Source: Elusimicrobiota bacterium (GTDB lineage Bacteria; Elusimicrobiota; Elusimicrobia; UBA1565; UBA9628). From it: a stretch of DNA of 64,000 bases. The DNA lies in contig JACPOW010000010.1 of NCBI GenBank assembly GCA_016191335.1, forward strand, positions 34,469 to 98,468. Direction: 5' to 3'. The notes beneath the pieces were generated by a model. It saw only the letters and a program-made list of their open reading frames with translations. It did not search any database and was not told where the DNA came from. Below, piece after piece: positions 48,053-58,086 of the stretch (position 1 is its first letter; each line of letters begins with the position of its first letter). A program made the translations under genes and the position numbers.

Positions 48053-50980
48053 TTGTTGAAGCCCTCACTTTGGATCGCGACGGCCGCCGCGGCCCTCGCC
48101 TTGATCGCGCCGCCCGTGCTGGCGGCGGACAAAGGCGCGGCCCGCCGTCTGCTGATCGAGGGCGACGCGCTGTACCGGCGCGGAGACTTCAAGGACGCGA
48201 TGCGCTCCGTCAACGAGGCGCTGCTGGCCGACGCGCGCAACGGAGACGCCTACGAGCTGCGCGCGCGGCTGTGGCACGCGGCCGGCGACCTGACGCGGCA
48301 GAAGGCGGACGCGACGAAGGCGCTCGAGCTTCTCGGCGTCGGGACCGGCTCGCTGGCGGTCGACGAGCTCGTCGCGCAGGGCGGGGCGCAGCTGCTGCTC
48401 GGCCGCGTCGACAAGGCCCTGGAGAGCTTCAACGCCGCGCTGAAGGCCGACCAGAAGACGCCGAAGGCGCTGTACGCCCGCTCCCGGGTGTGGCGCGAGA
48501 AGGCGGACTGGGCGAAGTGCCTGGCCGATCTGAACGACGCGCTCAAGCTCGAGCCCAAGACGGCGCTGTGGCTGTTCTCCCGGGGACGCACCTGGTACGA
48601 CAAGGGCGACGACGCGAAGGCGGTGGCGGACCTGACCGCGGCCCTGCGCTCCAACAAGAATTTCACGATGGCGTTCGCGCTCGTCGGCTCGGCGATGGCC
48701 CGCCAGGGCGACCTCAAGCGCGCGGCGAAGGCCTACGACCGCGCGATCGCGATCGACCCCGAATACTCCTACGCGTACCTCGGCCGGGCCGCGCTGAAGC
48801 TGCGCAAGGGCGACGAGCCCGGCGCGCTGAAGGATTTCGAGGAGGCCGTCCGGGCCGACGCGCAGGACTACGCGCCCTACTTCAACCGCGGCGAGCTGCA
48901 CTGGCGCGGCGGGCGCCGCGAGCAGGCGCTCTCCGACTACCATAACGCGATGACCTCGGCGAAGCTCACGCCCGAGGCCGCGGTCGCGATCGGCGACCGC
49001 TACCAGTCGCTGCAGCTCTGGAAGGACGCCGTCGCCGCCTACGGGCGCGCCTTCGACCTCGGCTCCGGCGTCCCGGCGCTGACCCGCCGCGCGCGCGTCT
49101 TCGAGGCGGACAAGGACCTCAAGAAGGCGCTCGCCGACCTCGACGCGGCCGTCAAGCTCGAGCCGGAGAACGCCCAGGTGATCGCCGCGCGCGGGGGCCT
49201 GCTCGCGCGCATGGGCCAGGACGGGCCCGCGCTGCAGGACCTCACCCGCGCCGTGCGGCTCGACCCGGTCGACCCCGAGATCCTGGTCGCCCGCGCGAGC
49301 TTTTACGCCCGCGTCGACAAGCCGTCCCTGGCCCTCGAGGACTTCACCAAGGCGATCGCGTCCGACGGCAAGCACGCCGAGGCCTACAACGGCCGCGGCG
49401 CGCTGTACGCCAACTCCCTCAAGGAGCCCGAGAAGGCCCTGCAGGACGTGATGAAGGCCGTCGCGCTCAAGCCGCGCGAGCCCGGCTACCACTACAACCT
49501 CGGCTCCCTGCGCCTGCGCAACCGCCTGTACCTGAAGGCGATCGACTCGTTCAACACCGCGCTGGCGCTGAAGGGGCCCGCGGCGAGGATACTCGAGCGC
49601 CGCGCCGACGCCGAGTTCCAGATCGGGGACCACTCCGGCGCCATGCGCGACATCGAGGCCGCCCTCGAGAAGGACCCGCGCAACGCCTCGATCTACGACA
49701 CGCTGGGCCACATCCGGCTGCGCCAGCGCGACTACGAGCAGGCCGTGCGCGACCTCAGCCAGGCGCTGCAGCTCGACGCCAAGCTCGCGGGCGCCTACCA
49801 GCACCGCGGCCTCGCCTACGCCTCGCTCGGCCAGATGAAGGCGGCCCAGGCCGACTTCAGGAAGTCCCTGGAGCTCGAGCCCCGCTCCAAGGACACCTGG
49901 ACCTACCTCTGCCAGGCGCGCCGCCTCGCCAAGGACCCGCGGGAGGCGCTCAAGGCCTGCGAGCGCGCCATCGAGATCGACAGCCAGCACGGCCCCGCCT
50001 ACCTGCAGCGCGCGCTCGCCAAGTTCGCGCTGAAGCAGTACCCGCGCGTGATCGAGGACATCGACACCGCCTGGGCGCTCGGCACGCGCCGCGCCGAGGG
50101 CCTGATCGCGAAATCCATCTCCCACGCCGCCGCGCGCCAGTACAAGGAGGCGCACCGCACCTACCTCCAGGCGGTCGGCATGGACCCCTACGTCCGCAGC
50201 CCCTACATCGGGTTCTCGGCCGGGCACCCGGAGGGGGACGACTTCCTCTCCGCGATCGTCGACCTCGACGCCCAGATGATCAAGGACCTCGGCGACCCGT
50301 ACGTGTTCATCCTGCGCGCCGACTCCCTCCACAACTCCGAGCAGTTCGACAAGGCCGTGCTCGAGTACACGAAGGCGATGGAGATCGACGGCTCGATCGC
50401 CGACGCCTACGTGGGCCGCGGCGTCGCGCTGACCGCGCAGGACGCCCTCGAGGCGGCCCAGCAGGACCTGGTGCGCGCCCTCGAGCTCGAGCCCAACGAC
50501 GCGGGCGCGCGCGTGAAGCTGGCGATCGTGCTGACGATGCGCCGCAACTACCGCGCCGCCATCGGCGAACTGGGGAAAGCCCTGCAGGCGGACCCCAAGA
50601 ACGCCGAGGCCTACCTGCGCGCCGGCAACGTCCACTACTTCCTCAAGGATTACCCGAAGGCCCTCGAGAACTACGCGCTGGCGGTGAAGAGCGACCCGCT
50701 CGACCCGAACGCGCTCAACGGCCTCGGCCTCGGCTACTTCGCGCTGAAGCGCCAGGACGAGGCGCTCGAGGCCTTCTCGCGCGCGATCGCGACGAACTCG
50801 CTGATCGACCGCTTCTACCGCAACCGCGCCTCGGTGTGGACCGCCTCGCAGAAGTTCGGCAACGCCGCGGGCGATTTCAAGACCGCGAGCATGGTCAACA
50901 CCGACCCCACCGTCATCGACGAGTACAAGCGGCTCATAGAGGAAAGCGAGAGCCGCTCCGCCAAGGGCAAGTCGTCGTAG
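48053..50980 (+). CDS. Exported tetratricopeptide-repeat protein (about 25 TPR units, 975 aa)
   Basis: TTG start. Signal peptide KPSLWIATAAAALALIAPPVLAA. Continuous TPR periodicity (AxxYxxRGxAyxxxGdyxxAxxDyxxAlxLdP motifs repeated throughout). Confidence 0.7.
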   Translation: MLKPSLWIATAAAALALIAPPVLAADKGAARRLLIEGDALYRRGDFKDAMRSVNEALLADARNGDAYELRARLWHAAGDLTRQKADATKALELLGVGTGSLAVDELVAQGGAQLLLGRVDKALESFNAALKADQKTPKALYARSRVWREKADWAKCLADLNDALKLEPKTALWLFSRGRTWYDKGDDAKAVADLTAALRSNKNFTMAFALVGSAMARQGDLKRAAKAYDRAIAIDPEYSYAYLGRAALKLRKGDEPGALKDFEEAVRADAQDYAPYFNRGELHWRGGRREQALSDYHNAMTSAKLTPEAAVAIGDRYQSLQLWKDAVAAYGRAFDLGSGVPALTRRARVFEADKDLKKALADLDAAVKLEPENAQVIAARGGLLARMGQDGPALQDLTRAVRLDPVDPEILVARASFYARVDKPSLALEDFTKAIASDGKHAEAYNGRGALYANSLKEPEKALQDVMKAVALKPREPGYHYNLGSLRLRNRLYLKAIDSFNTALALKGPAARILERRADAEFQIGDHSGAMRDIEAALEKDPRNASIYDTLGHIRLRQRDYEQAVRDLSQALQLDAKLAGAYQHRGLAYASLGQMKAAQADFRKSLELEPRSKDTWTYLCQARRLAKDPREALKACERAIEIDSQHGPAYLQRALAKFALKQYPRVIEDIDTAWALGTRRAEGLIAKSISHAAARQYKEAHRTYLQAVGMDPYVRSPYIGFSAGHPEGDDFLSAIVDLDAQMIKDLGDPYVFILRADSLHNSEQFDKAVLEYTKAMEIDGSIADAYVGRGVALTAQDALEAAQQDLVRALELEPNDAGARVKLAIVLTMRRNYRAAIGELGKALQADPKNAEAYLRAGNVHYFLKDYPKALENYALAVKSDPLDPNALNGLGLGYFALKRQDEALEAFSRAIATNSLIDRFYRNRASVWTASQKFGNAAGDFKTASMVNTDPTVIDEYKRLIEESESRSAKGKSS

Positions 50981-51028
50981 CCGCGTCACAAAAGCGGCGC
51001 AACTCCGACATTTGGTAATATCCCCGGA

Positions 51029-51898
51029 GTGCACGACATCTCCGAGCTGTTCGGCAAAGGGCGCCCGCTCTTCTCGTTCGAGTTCTTCCTGCCCAAGGCG
51101 CCGGAGGACATCGACAAGTTCATCGCCGACGTCAAGGAGCTCAAGGGCCTCGACCCCGACTACGTCTCCCTGACCTACGGCGCGGGCGGGTCCGGACGGG
51201 ACCGCACCGTCGAGGCCGCGGGCCGCATCCAGAACGAGACGGGCCTGACGACGGCGTGCCACCTGACCTGCATCGCGCACACGCGCGCCGAGATCACCGC
51301 CGTGCTCGGCCGGCTGGAGGCCCTCGGCATCCGCCACCTCGTCGCGCTGCGCGGGGACGCCCCGAAGGACCACCCGGTGGCGCCGCCCGGCGAGCGGGAC
51401 TTCGGCTATGCCTCCGACCTCGTCGCCTTCGTCCGGAAGCGGGGGGGCTTCAAGATGGCCGTCGCCGGCTACCCCGAGACCCACCCCGAGGCGAAGTCGC
51501 CCGAGGACGACGTCGCCCGCTTCGCCCGGAAATGCGGCGAGGGCGCGGACTGGGCGTTGACCCAGCTCTTCTTCGACAACAAGGACTACTTCTCCTTCGT
51601 CGCGCGCGCGCGCGCGGCCGGGGTGACCGCGCCGATCGTGCCCGGCATCATGCCGGTCACCGCGTACTCCCAGCTCAAGCGGTTCCAGTCGATGTGCGGC
51701 GCGAAGATCCCGCACGAGCTCGAGGAGCGCATGGCCAGGGTCCAGGCCGACGCGCCGGCGGTCCTGCGCGAGGGCGTCGAGTGGGGCGCGCGGCAGTGCC
51801 GCGAGCTGCTCGACGGCGGCGCGCCGGGCATCCACTTCTACACGCTCAACCGCTCGCACTCGACCTCCGAGATCCTGGCGCGGCTCCGGCGCCGATGA
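51029..51898 (+). CDS. metF: 5,10-methylenetetrahydrofolate reductase
   Basis: FSFEFFLPKAPE...VSLTYGAGGSGRDRTVEAAGRIQNETGLTTACHLTCIA...GIRHLVALRGD is the MetF signature. Confidence 0.85.
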   Translation: MHDISELFGKGRPLFSFEFFLPKAPEDIDKFIADVKELKGLDPDYVSLTYGAGGSGRDRTVEAAGRIQNETGLTTACHLTCIAHTRAEITAVLGRLEALGIRHLVALRGDAPKDHPVAPPGERDFGYASDLVAFVRKRGGFKMAVAGYPETHPEAKSPEDDVARFARKCGEGADWALTQLFFDNKDYFSFVARARAAGVTAPIVPGIMPVTAYSQLKRFQSMCGAKIPHELEERMARVQADAPAVLREGVEWGARQCRELLDGGAPGIHFYTLNRSHSTSEILARLRRR

Positions 51899-53574
51899 GC
51901 CGGGCCGGCCTCGCGGCGGCCGCGCTCCTGATCGCACAGGGCGCCGCCGCGCACGACTGGCCGGGCTACCCGTCCGAGGAGCCAGTCGGGCCGGTCTCGG
52001 AGATCCGCGTCGAGCGCGTCAACGTGTTCGACCCGACGGTCCCGGGCGAGGACTGGTGGCCCTTCCGGGCCGCCAACAAGATCCACTACCCGACGCGCGA
52101 GTCCGTCATCCGCCGCGAGCTCCTGTTCGCGCCCGGAGAGGTCTGGGACCCGCTGCTGGTCATCCAGTCCGAACGCAACCTGCGCGCGAACGGCTCCTTC
52201 CGGCGCGTGGACATCATCCCGGTCAAGCGGCCCGGCGGGGAGGTCGACGCGGTCGTGCGCACGCAGGACAGCTGGACCACGAACCCGCGCTTCGCGGCGG
52301 GCACCGAAGGCGGCGAGAGCTTCTTCGGCCTCGGCCTCGAGGAAGGCAACATCCTCGGCTACGGCAAGAGCCTCGCCTTCGACTACGGCCGCACCGGGAA
52401 CAAGACCGCGAGCTCCTACAGCTACGGCGACCCCCGCTTCATGGGCACCCGCATGGCGCTCAGCGGAACCTACTCGCGCGGCAACGTCGGGGACTCCGGC
52501 GCCGCGTCGCTGACGAGCCCCTTCTACTCGCTCGACTCCCCGCGCGCCTCGGCCGTCTCCTGGCGGCGCTCGGTGGCGGAGCAGACGATGTACCGGGACG
52601 GGGAGGAGTTCACCGAGTTCCGGGTGAAGCGCCGCGTCGTCCAGGGCTCGCTCGGCCGGCGGCTCGACGCGGACCAGATCTTCGTCCAGCGCGTCGAGGG
52701 CGGCTGGTACAGCGACCGCGCGCAGTACGAGAACATGGACGGGGTCGTCCCGGGGACCGTGCGCGGCACCTTGCCGGACAACCGCGAGCTGTCGGGCCCG
52801 ACGATCGGCTACTCGTGGGTCCAGCCCGACTACATCAAGGAGAGCTACATCGACCGGATGGAGCGCGTCGAGGACTTCAACCTCGGCAACGAGCTCTCCG
52901 CCCGGGCCGGCTTCATGTCCGCCAAGACGGGCTCCGACCGCGACCGCGTCATCTTCACCGCCTCGAACCAGCAGGGCGTGGGCTTCGCGCCGGGCCGCTT
53001 CGCGATCGGACGGGTGGCCCTGTCCGGACGGACCGTCGCCGGGCGGTGGGAGAACTCGCTGGCGAACGCCGACCTCAACTTCTTCTGGAAGACGAACTGG
53101 CGCGGGGACCACACCTTGATCGGACACCTCGAGGGCGCGTTCGGGAAGTTCCTCGACCGGGACAGCGCGGTCGCGCTCGGGGGCAGCACCGGCCTGCGCG
53201 GCTACAAGAACAACAGCTTCGTCGGCGGCCAGGCCGTGCTCGTGAACTTCGAGGACCGGTTCTTCTTCCCCGGGGAGTTCTTCCACCTCGTGCGCCTGGG
53301 CGCGGCCGTCTTCGTGGACAGCGGCGTCATCGGACGCGAGGGCGTCGACCTCACCTTGCGGGACATCAAGTCCGACGTCGGACTGGGCCTGCGCGCGGCC
53401 TCCACGCGCTCCCGCAGCGGCGGCGTGGGCCGCATCGACGTCGCCTACGCGCTCAACCGCGGCCCGGGCGGCGGCTCCCGCTGGGTCATCTCGATCAAGG
53501 GCGGGCAGGCCTTCAACCTGTTCAACAGCGCCGCCCGGGGCGTCGACCCCAGCCCGCCGTCGCGGCTGAATTAG
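51895..53574 (+). CDS. Omp85-family outer-membrane protein (single POTRA + BamA/TamA-type beta-barrel)
   Basis: ATG 51895 overlaps the metF stop (ATGA). POTRA-like VSEIRVERVNVFDPTVPGEDWWPFRAANKIHYPTRESVIRRELLFAPGEVWD. C-terminal barrel GLGLRAASTRSRSGGVGRIDVAYALNRGPGG...WVISIKGGQAF. Confidence 0.7.
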   Translation: MSRAGLAAAALLIAQGAAAHDWPGYPSEEPVGPVSEIRVERVNVFDPTVPGEDWWPFRAANKIHYPTRESVIRRELLFAPGEVWDPLLVIQSERNLRANGSFRRVDIIPVKRPGGEVDAVVRTQDSWTTNPRFAAGTEGGESFFGLGLEEGNILGYGKSLAFDYGRTGNKTASSYSYGDPRFMGTRMALSGTYSRGNVGDSGAASLTSPFYSLDSPRASAVSWRRSVAEQTMYRDGEEFTEFRVKRRVVQGSLGRRLDADQIFVQRVEGGWYSDRAQYENMDGVVPGTVRGTLPDNRELSGPTIGYSWVQPDYIKESYIDRMERVEDFNLGNELSARAGFMSAKTGSDRDRVIFTASNQQGVGFAPGRFAIGRVALSGRTVAGRWENSLANADLNFFWKTNWRGDHTLIGHLEGAFGKFLDRDSAVALGGSTGLRGYKNNSFVGGQAVLVNFEDRFFFPGEFFHLVRLGAAVFVDSGVIGREGVDLTLRDIKSDVGLGLRAASTRSRSGGVGRIDVAYALNRGPGGGSRWVISIKGGQAFNLFNSAARGVDPSPPSRLN

Positions 53575-53604
53575 CGTTGATTTTGCTACGATAAGGGTCC
53601 CCAT

Positions 53605-54468
53605 ATGAGGAATAAGCTGCTCCTCGCGGCCGTCTGCCTCGCCTCCACGGCCTGCGGCTCCATCGACCGCTACGCCGTGCGCACGACCGCCTCCATGCTC
53701 GAGCGCGGCCGCAAGGCCGCTTTGGAGGAGCCCGACTACCAGCTCGGCCGCGACGCCGTGGCCTCCCAGCTCAAGCTCATCGAGGCGATGCTCGTCACCG
53801 ACCCCGGCAACATCGCCCTGCGCCGCCTCGTCGCCGAGGGCTTCGGCGGATACGCCTTCCTGTTCGTCGAGGACGCCGAACCCGACCGGGCGAAGGGGCT
53901 GTACCTGCGCGGGCGCGACCACGCGCTGGCCGCACTCGGGCAGAAGTCCGTGTTCCGGGGCCTCAAGGACAAGAGCATCGAGGACTTCGAGAAGGCGCTG
54001 AAGTGGGCGAAGAAGGAGGACGTGCCCGACCTGTTCTGGGCCGGCTTCGGCTGGGGAGGCTTCGTCAACCTGTCCAAGGACGACTCCGCCGCGCTGGCCG
54101 ACCTTCCCAAGGTCGTCCTGCTGATGAAGCGCGTCTACGAGCTCGACCCGGCCTTCCACTTCGGCGGCGCCGACCTGTTCTTCGGCGTCTACTACGCCTC
54201 CCGGCCGCCGATGCTCGGCGGCGACACGGCCAAGGCCAAGACCCATTTCGAATGGGCGCACAAGATCACGCGCGGCAACTACCTGATGACGCACGTCCTC
54301 AACGCGCGCTGGTACGCGGTGGCGACCCAGGACCGCGAACTGTTCAAGCAGCTCCTGACCAAGGTCCTCGAGTCGCCCGCGGGCGCGCTGCCCGACGCCC
54401 GGCTCACCGACGAGGCCGCGAAGAAGAAGGCCGCTCAGCTACTGGAGAAGATCGATTATTTCTTTTAG
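53605..54468 (+). CDS. TatT-like lipoprotein (TPR-like T-component of TPAT-type TRAP transporters)
   Basis: Lipobox LLAAVCLASTAC. Mostly helical 287 aa. Sits immediately upstream of dctPQM, as in Treponema pallidum TatT-TatP. Confidence 0.5.
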   Translation: MRNKLLLAAVCLASTACGSIDRYAVRTTASMLERGRKAALEEPDYQLGRDAVASQLKLIEAMLVTDPGNIALRRLVAEGFGGYAFLFVEDAEPDRAKGLYLRGRDHALAALGQKSVFRGLKDKSIEDFEKALKWAKKEDVPDLFWAGFGWGGFVNLSKDDSAALADLPKVVLLMKRVYELDPAFHFGGADLFFGVYYASRPPMLGGDTAKAKTHFEWAHKITRGNYLMTHVLNARWYAVATQDRELFKQLLTKVLESPAGALPDARLTDEAAKKKAAQLLEKIDYFF

Positions 54469-54478
54469 ATCCCTGGCG

Positions 54479-55462
54479 TTGACCCTCGTCCTCGCGGCGC
54501 CCGCGGCGGCGCAGACCACCGCGATCAAGTTCGCGACGCTCGCGCCGGACGGCTCCACCTGGATGAAGGTCCTCACCGAGCTGTCGAAGGACCTCGAGAA
54601 GGAGACCGGCGGCAAGCTCAAGTTCAAGTTCTACGCCGGCGGCGTCTCCGGCGACGAGAAGGACGTGGTCAAGAAGATCCGCATCGGCCAGCTGCACGCC
54701 GCGGGCTTCACCGGCGTGGGCCTGGGAGACATCGCCCCCGAGACGCGCCTGCTCGACGCCCCCTGGCTGTTCCGCTCCCGCTCCGAGCTCGAGACCGTGC
54801 GCGCCAAGTTCTCCAAGGAGCTCAACGCCGCCGTCGAGAAGGGCGGCTTCGTCCTGCTCGGCTGGACCGACCTCGGCTCGGTGTACGTGTTCAGCAAGAA
54901 CCCCATCGGCTCTCCCGAGGACATGAAGAAGGAGAAGATGTGGGTGTGGGAAGGAGACCCCATCGCGCAGGCCGCCTACAAGGCGCTCGGCGTCAACCCC
55001 GTGCCGCTGTCCATCGTGGACGTCATGCAGTCGCTGCAGACGGGCATGATCAACGGCGTGTACGGTCCGCCGCTGGGCGTCGTCGCGCTGCAGTGGCACT
55101 CGAAGGTCAAGCACATCTACCCGGTGCCGATCGCGGAGTCCACGGGCGCGGTGCTCGTCTCCAAGAAGTTCTTCGACGCGCTGCCCGCCGACCAGAGGAA
55201 GACCCTGACCGACCTCTCGGCGAAGCACCTCAAGCATCTCAACGACCTCACCAACGCCGAGAACGACAAGGCCCTCGAGGCGCTGAAGAAGCAGGGCCTG
55301 GACCTCGCCGAGGACCCCGGCCCCGCGACACGCCGCCGGTACGAGGAGCTCGGCGCCGGCGCGCGCAAGGAGCTCGCCGGCAAGCTGTTCTCCGCGGAGC
55401 TGATCGGGAAGTTCGAGAAGGAGCTCGCCGCCCTCCGTGCGCGATCAGCTAAGAAGAGCTGA
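54479..55462 (+). CDS. dctP: TRAP transporter substrate-binding protein (DctP family)
   Basis: KFATLAPDGSTWMKVLTELSKDLEKETGGKLKFKFYAGGVSG...GVYGPPLGVVALQWHSKVKH is a DctP fold. Start codon uncertain: TTG at 54479, signal peptide short. Confidence 0.75.
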   Translation: MTLVLAAPAAAQTTAIKFATLAPDGSTWMKVLTELSKDLEKETGGKLKFKFYAGGVSGDEKDVVKKIRIGQLHAAGFTGVGLGDIAPETRLLDAPWLFRSRSELETVRAKFSKELNAAVEKGGFVLLGWTDLGSVYVFSKNPIGSPEDMKKEKMWVWEGDPIAQAAYKALGVNPVPLSIVDVMQSLQTGMINGVYGPPLGVVALQWHSKVKHIYPVPIAESTGAVLVSKKFFDALPADQRKTLTDLSAKHLKHLNDLTNAENDKALEALKKQGLDLAEDPGPATRRRYEELGAGARKELAGKLFSAELIGKFEKELAALRARSAKKS

Positions 55463-55934
55463 GGCGAGCCTCGTGGCCGTCGAGGGCGCCATCCTGGTGG
55501 CGTTACTCGCGGTCATGGTGACCCTGGCCTTCATGCAGGTCATCCTCCGCCATTTCGGCCTCGGCCTTCTCTGGGGGGAAACGGTCCTCAAGCATCTGGT
55601 CCTCTGGACCGGCTTCCTCGGCGCCGCGCTCGCCGCCGCGCACGAGAAGCACTTCGCCTGGGAGGCCGCCCACGTCGGCGCGCCCGAGCGCTGGAAGCCC
55701 TGGCTGCGCCTGACGGCGAACCTGGGGGGAGCGGCGATCACCGCGCTCCTGCTCCGGGCCTCGTGGACCTATTTCACCGACGACCGGGCCAACCCGAGCG
55801 AGATCATGACGGTGGGCGGCGTCGTCGTGCAGTCCTGGGTCGCGGCGGCGGGCATACCCGCCGGCTTCGCCTTGGTCCTGGCCCACCTGCTGTTCAAGAG
55901 CGCCGACGCCGCGGCGGAGGCGGCGGGGCGATGA
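55437..55934 (+). CDS. dctQ: TRAP transporter small permease (DctQ-like)
   Basis: 4-TM 165-aa protein positioned between dctP and dctM; LKHLVLWTGFLGAALAAAHEKHFAWEA. Confidence 0.65.
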   Translation: MRDQLRRAEASLVAVEGAILVALLAVMVTLAFMQVILRHFGLGLLWGETVLKHLVLWTGFLGAALAAAHEKHFAWEAAHVGAPERWKPWLRLTANLGGAAITALLLRASWTYFTDDRANPSEIMTVGGVVVQSWVAAAGIPAGFALVLAHLLFKSADAAAEAAGR

Positions 55935-57202
55935 CCGCGCTCGCGCTGGCCGGCTTCGTCGCGTTCGCGCTGGCCGGCGTCCCCGTGTTCGCGCTGATGG
56001 GCGCGCTGGCGCTGTGGCTGTTCAACGGCGCCGGGATCCAGTCGTCGGCGGTCATCATCGAGCTCTCGCGGCTGGCCTCGCTGCCGTCCCTGATCGCCGT
56101 GCCGCTGTTCACCTTCGCCGGCTACCTGCTGGCCGAGTCCAAGGCACCCCAACGCCTAGTGGCGTTGGCTGAGAGCATGTTCGGCTGGCTGCCCGGCGGC
56201 GTCGCCGTCGCCGGGCTGTGCGCGTGCGCGCTGTTCACCGCGTTCACCGGCGCCTCGGGCGTGACCATCATCGCCCTCGGCGGCCTCATCTTCCCGCTGC
56301 TGCGCCGGCAGGGCTATCCCGAGAGCTTCTCGCTGGGCTTGATCACGACGACGGGAAGCCTAGGGCTCATGTTCCCGCCGAGCCTGCCGATCATCCTCTA
56401 CGCCCTGGTCGGCAAGATCTCCATCGACAAGCTGTTCGCCGCGGCCGCCGTCCCCGGCCTGCTGCTGCTCGCGGCGCTGTCCGTCTACGCCTTCGTCGTG
56501 GCGAAGCGGGAGAAGGTCAAGCCCATCGCGTTTTCATGGAAGAATTTCCAAGCGGCCGCGAAAGCGGCTGCTTGGGAAATACCGCTGCCGCTCATCGTGA
56601 TCGGCGGCATCTACGGCGGCTTCTTCACCGCGTCGGAGGCGGCCGCCGTCATGGCCTTCTACGTGATGGTCGCCGAGGTCCTGATCTACAAGGACGTGCC
56701 GTGGGAGAAGCTCCCCGGGATCGCCCGCGAGAGCATGATCCTCGTCGGCGCGATCCTGATCGTCCTCGGCTGCGCGCTGGGGCTGACGAGCTACATGATC
56801 GACGCGGACATCCCGGGGCGCATCTTCGCGTTCCTCCACGAGCACGTGAAGAGCCCGTGGGGCTTCCTCGCCCTGCTCAACGTCTTCCTGCTCATCGTGA
56901 ACATGGTGGAGATCTTCTCGGCCATCGTCATCGTCGTGCCGATCATCGCGCCGGTCGCCACGCAGTACGGGATCGACCCGGTGCATCTCGGCGCGCTGTT
57001 CCTTCTCAATCTGGAGATCGGCTACATGACGCCGCCGCTCGGCCTGAACCTGTTCCTGTCCTCCCGGCGTTTCGACAAGCCGCTGCCGGTCCTCTACCGC
57101 GCCGTCCTTCCCTTCTGGATCCTGCTTGTCGGGGCCCTGATGGTCGTCACCTATTGGCCGGCCCTGAGCCTGTGGCTGCCCCGTCTCCTAAAACTCCAAT
57201 GA
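55931..57202 (+). CDS. dctM: TRAP transporter large permease (DctM)
   Basis: ATG 55931 overlaps the dctQ stop (ATGA). 423-aa polytopic protein; GLMFPPSLPIILYALVG, MTPPLGLNLFL. Confidence 0.85.
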   Translation: MTALALAGFVAFALAGVPVFALMGALALWLFNGAGIQSSAVIIELSRLASLPSLIAVPLFTFAGYLLAESKAPQRLVALAESMFGWLPGGVAVAGLCACALFTAFTGASGVTIIALGGLIFPLLRRQGYPESFSLGLITTTGSLGLMFPPSLPIILYALVGKISIDKLFAAAAVPGLLLLAALSVYAFVVAKREKVKPIAFSWKNFQAAAKAAAWEIPLPLIVIGGIYGGFFTASEAAAVMAFYVMVAEVLIYKDVPWEKLPGIARESMILVGAILIVLGCALGLTSYMIDADIPGRIFAFLHEHVKSPWGFLALLNVFLLIVNMVEIFSAIVIVVPIIAPVATQYGIDPVHLGALFLLNLEIGYMTPPLGLNLFLSSRRFDKPLPVLYRAVLPFWILLVGALMVVTYWPALSLWLPRLLKLQ

Positions 57203-58086
57203 ACCCCAAACCCACCCGAGAACTGCTCCCCGAACAGAGGACCGCCCTGCTCAAGAAGATCCGCGAGTCGCACGCCTACCTCAAGGCGTACGCCGACATG
57301 GACTTCATGGGCCGCAAGGACCTGCGCGCCGTCCGCCTCCAGCTCGAGCTCCTGAAGCCGGAGCTCATCCTGCGGGAGCACAAGATCCGCTCCACCATCG
57401 TCGTGTTCGGCTCCGCCCGCATCCTGTCGGGGGAGGAGGCGAGCCGCGCCTTGCAGGCCGCGAAGGAGACGCTCTCCGAGCGCCCGCGCGACGTCGAGCT
57501 CAAGCGCCTCGTCGCCGTCGCCGAGAAGAAGGTCGAGCTGTCCCACTGGTACGAGGAGGCGCGGCGCTTCTCGACCTTGCTCTCCAAGGCCCAGCAGGCG
57601 GGCCAGGACCTGGAGCACGTGATCGTCACGGGAGGCGGCCCCGGCATCATGGAGGCCGCCAACCGCGGCGCGTGGGAGTGCGGGGCGAAAAGCATCGGCC
57701 TCAACATCACCTTGCCGCACGAGCAGGACCCGAACCCGTACATCACGCCGGAGCTGTGCTTCCAGTTCCACTACTTCTCCCTGCGCAAGATGCACTTCCT
57801 GATGCGCGCCAAGGCGCTGGTCGCGTTCCCGGGCGGCTTCGGCACCCTCGACGAGCTCTTCGAGACCTTGACCCTCGTGCAGACGGGCAAGAAGCGCGCC
57901 CTGCCCATCGTCCTCGTCGGCAAGACCTTCTGGAAGCGGCTCGTGGACTTCGACTACCTCGCCGAGCAGGGCATGACGAACTGGGCCGACAACAAGCTCT
58001 TCAAGATGGTGGACACGGCCGAGGAAGGCTGGGACCACATCCGCAAGTTCTGGAAGTCCCACAAGGAGACGCTCGCGGCCTCATGA
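57199..58086 (+). CDS. LOG-family protein (TIGR00730 Rossmann-fold nucleotide-binding / cytokinin riboside 5-prime-monophosphate phosphoribohydrolase-like)
   Basis: ATG 57199 overlaps the dctM stop (ATGA). VIVTGGGPGIMEAANRGA...LVAFPGGFGTLDELFETLTLVQTGK is the LOG core. Confidence 0.8.
   Translation: MNPKPTRELLPEQRTALLKKIRESHAYLKAYADMDFMGRKDLRAVRLQLELLKPELILREHKIRSTIVVFGSARILSGEEASRALQAAKETLSERPRDVELKRLVAVAEKKVELSHWYEEARRFSTLLSKAQQAGQDLEHVIVTGGGPGIMEAANRGAWECGAKSIGLNITLPHEQDPNPYITPELCFQFHYFSLRKMHFLMRAKALVAFPGGFGTLDELFETLTLVQTGKKRALPIVLVGKTFWKRLVDFDYLAEQGMTNWADNKLFKMVDTAEEGWDHIRKFWKSHKETLAAS

Noticed and set aside
48065-51937. 1,290-aa minus-strand ORF antisense to the TPR protein and metF
   Set aside because: Antisense low-complexity. 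The plus strand shows unmistakable TPR periodicity and MetF motifs.
56218-58086. 622-aa ORF suggesting a large protein ending in the LOG domain
   Set aside because: The N-terminal 330 aa are off-frame junk over dctM. The real gene starts at ATG 57199 (MNPKPTRELL...) overlapping the dctM stop.
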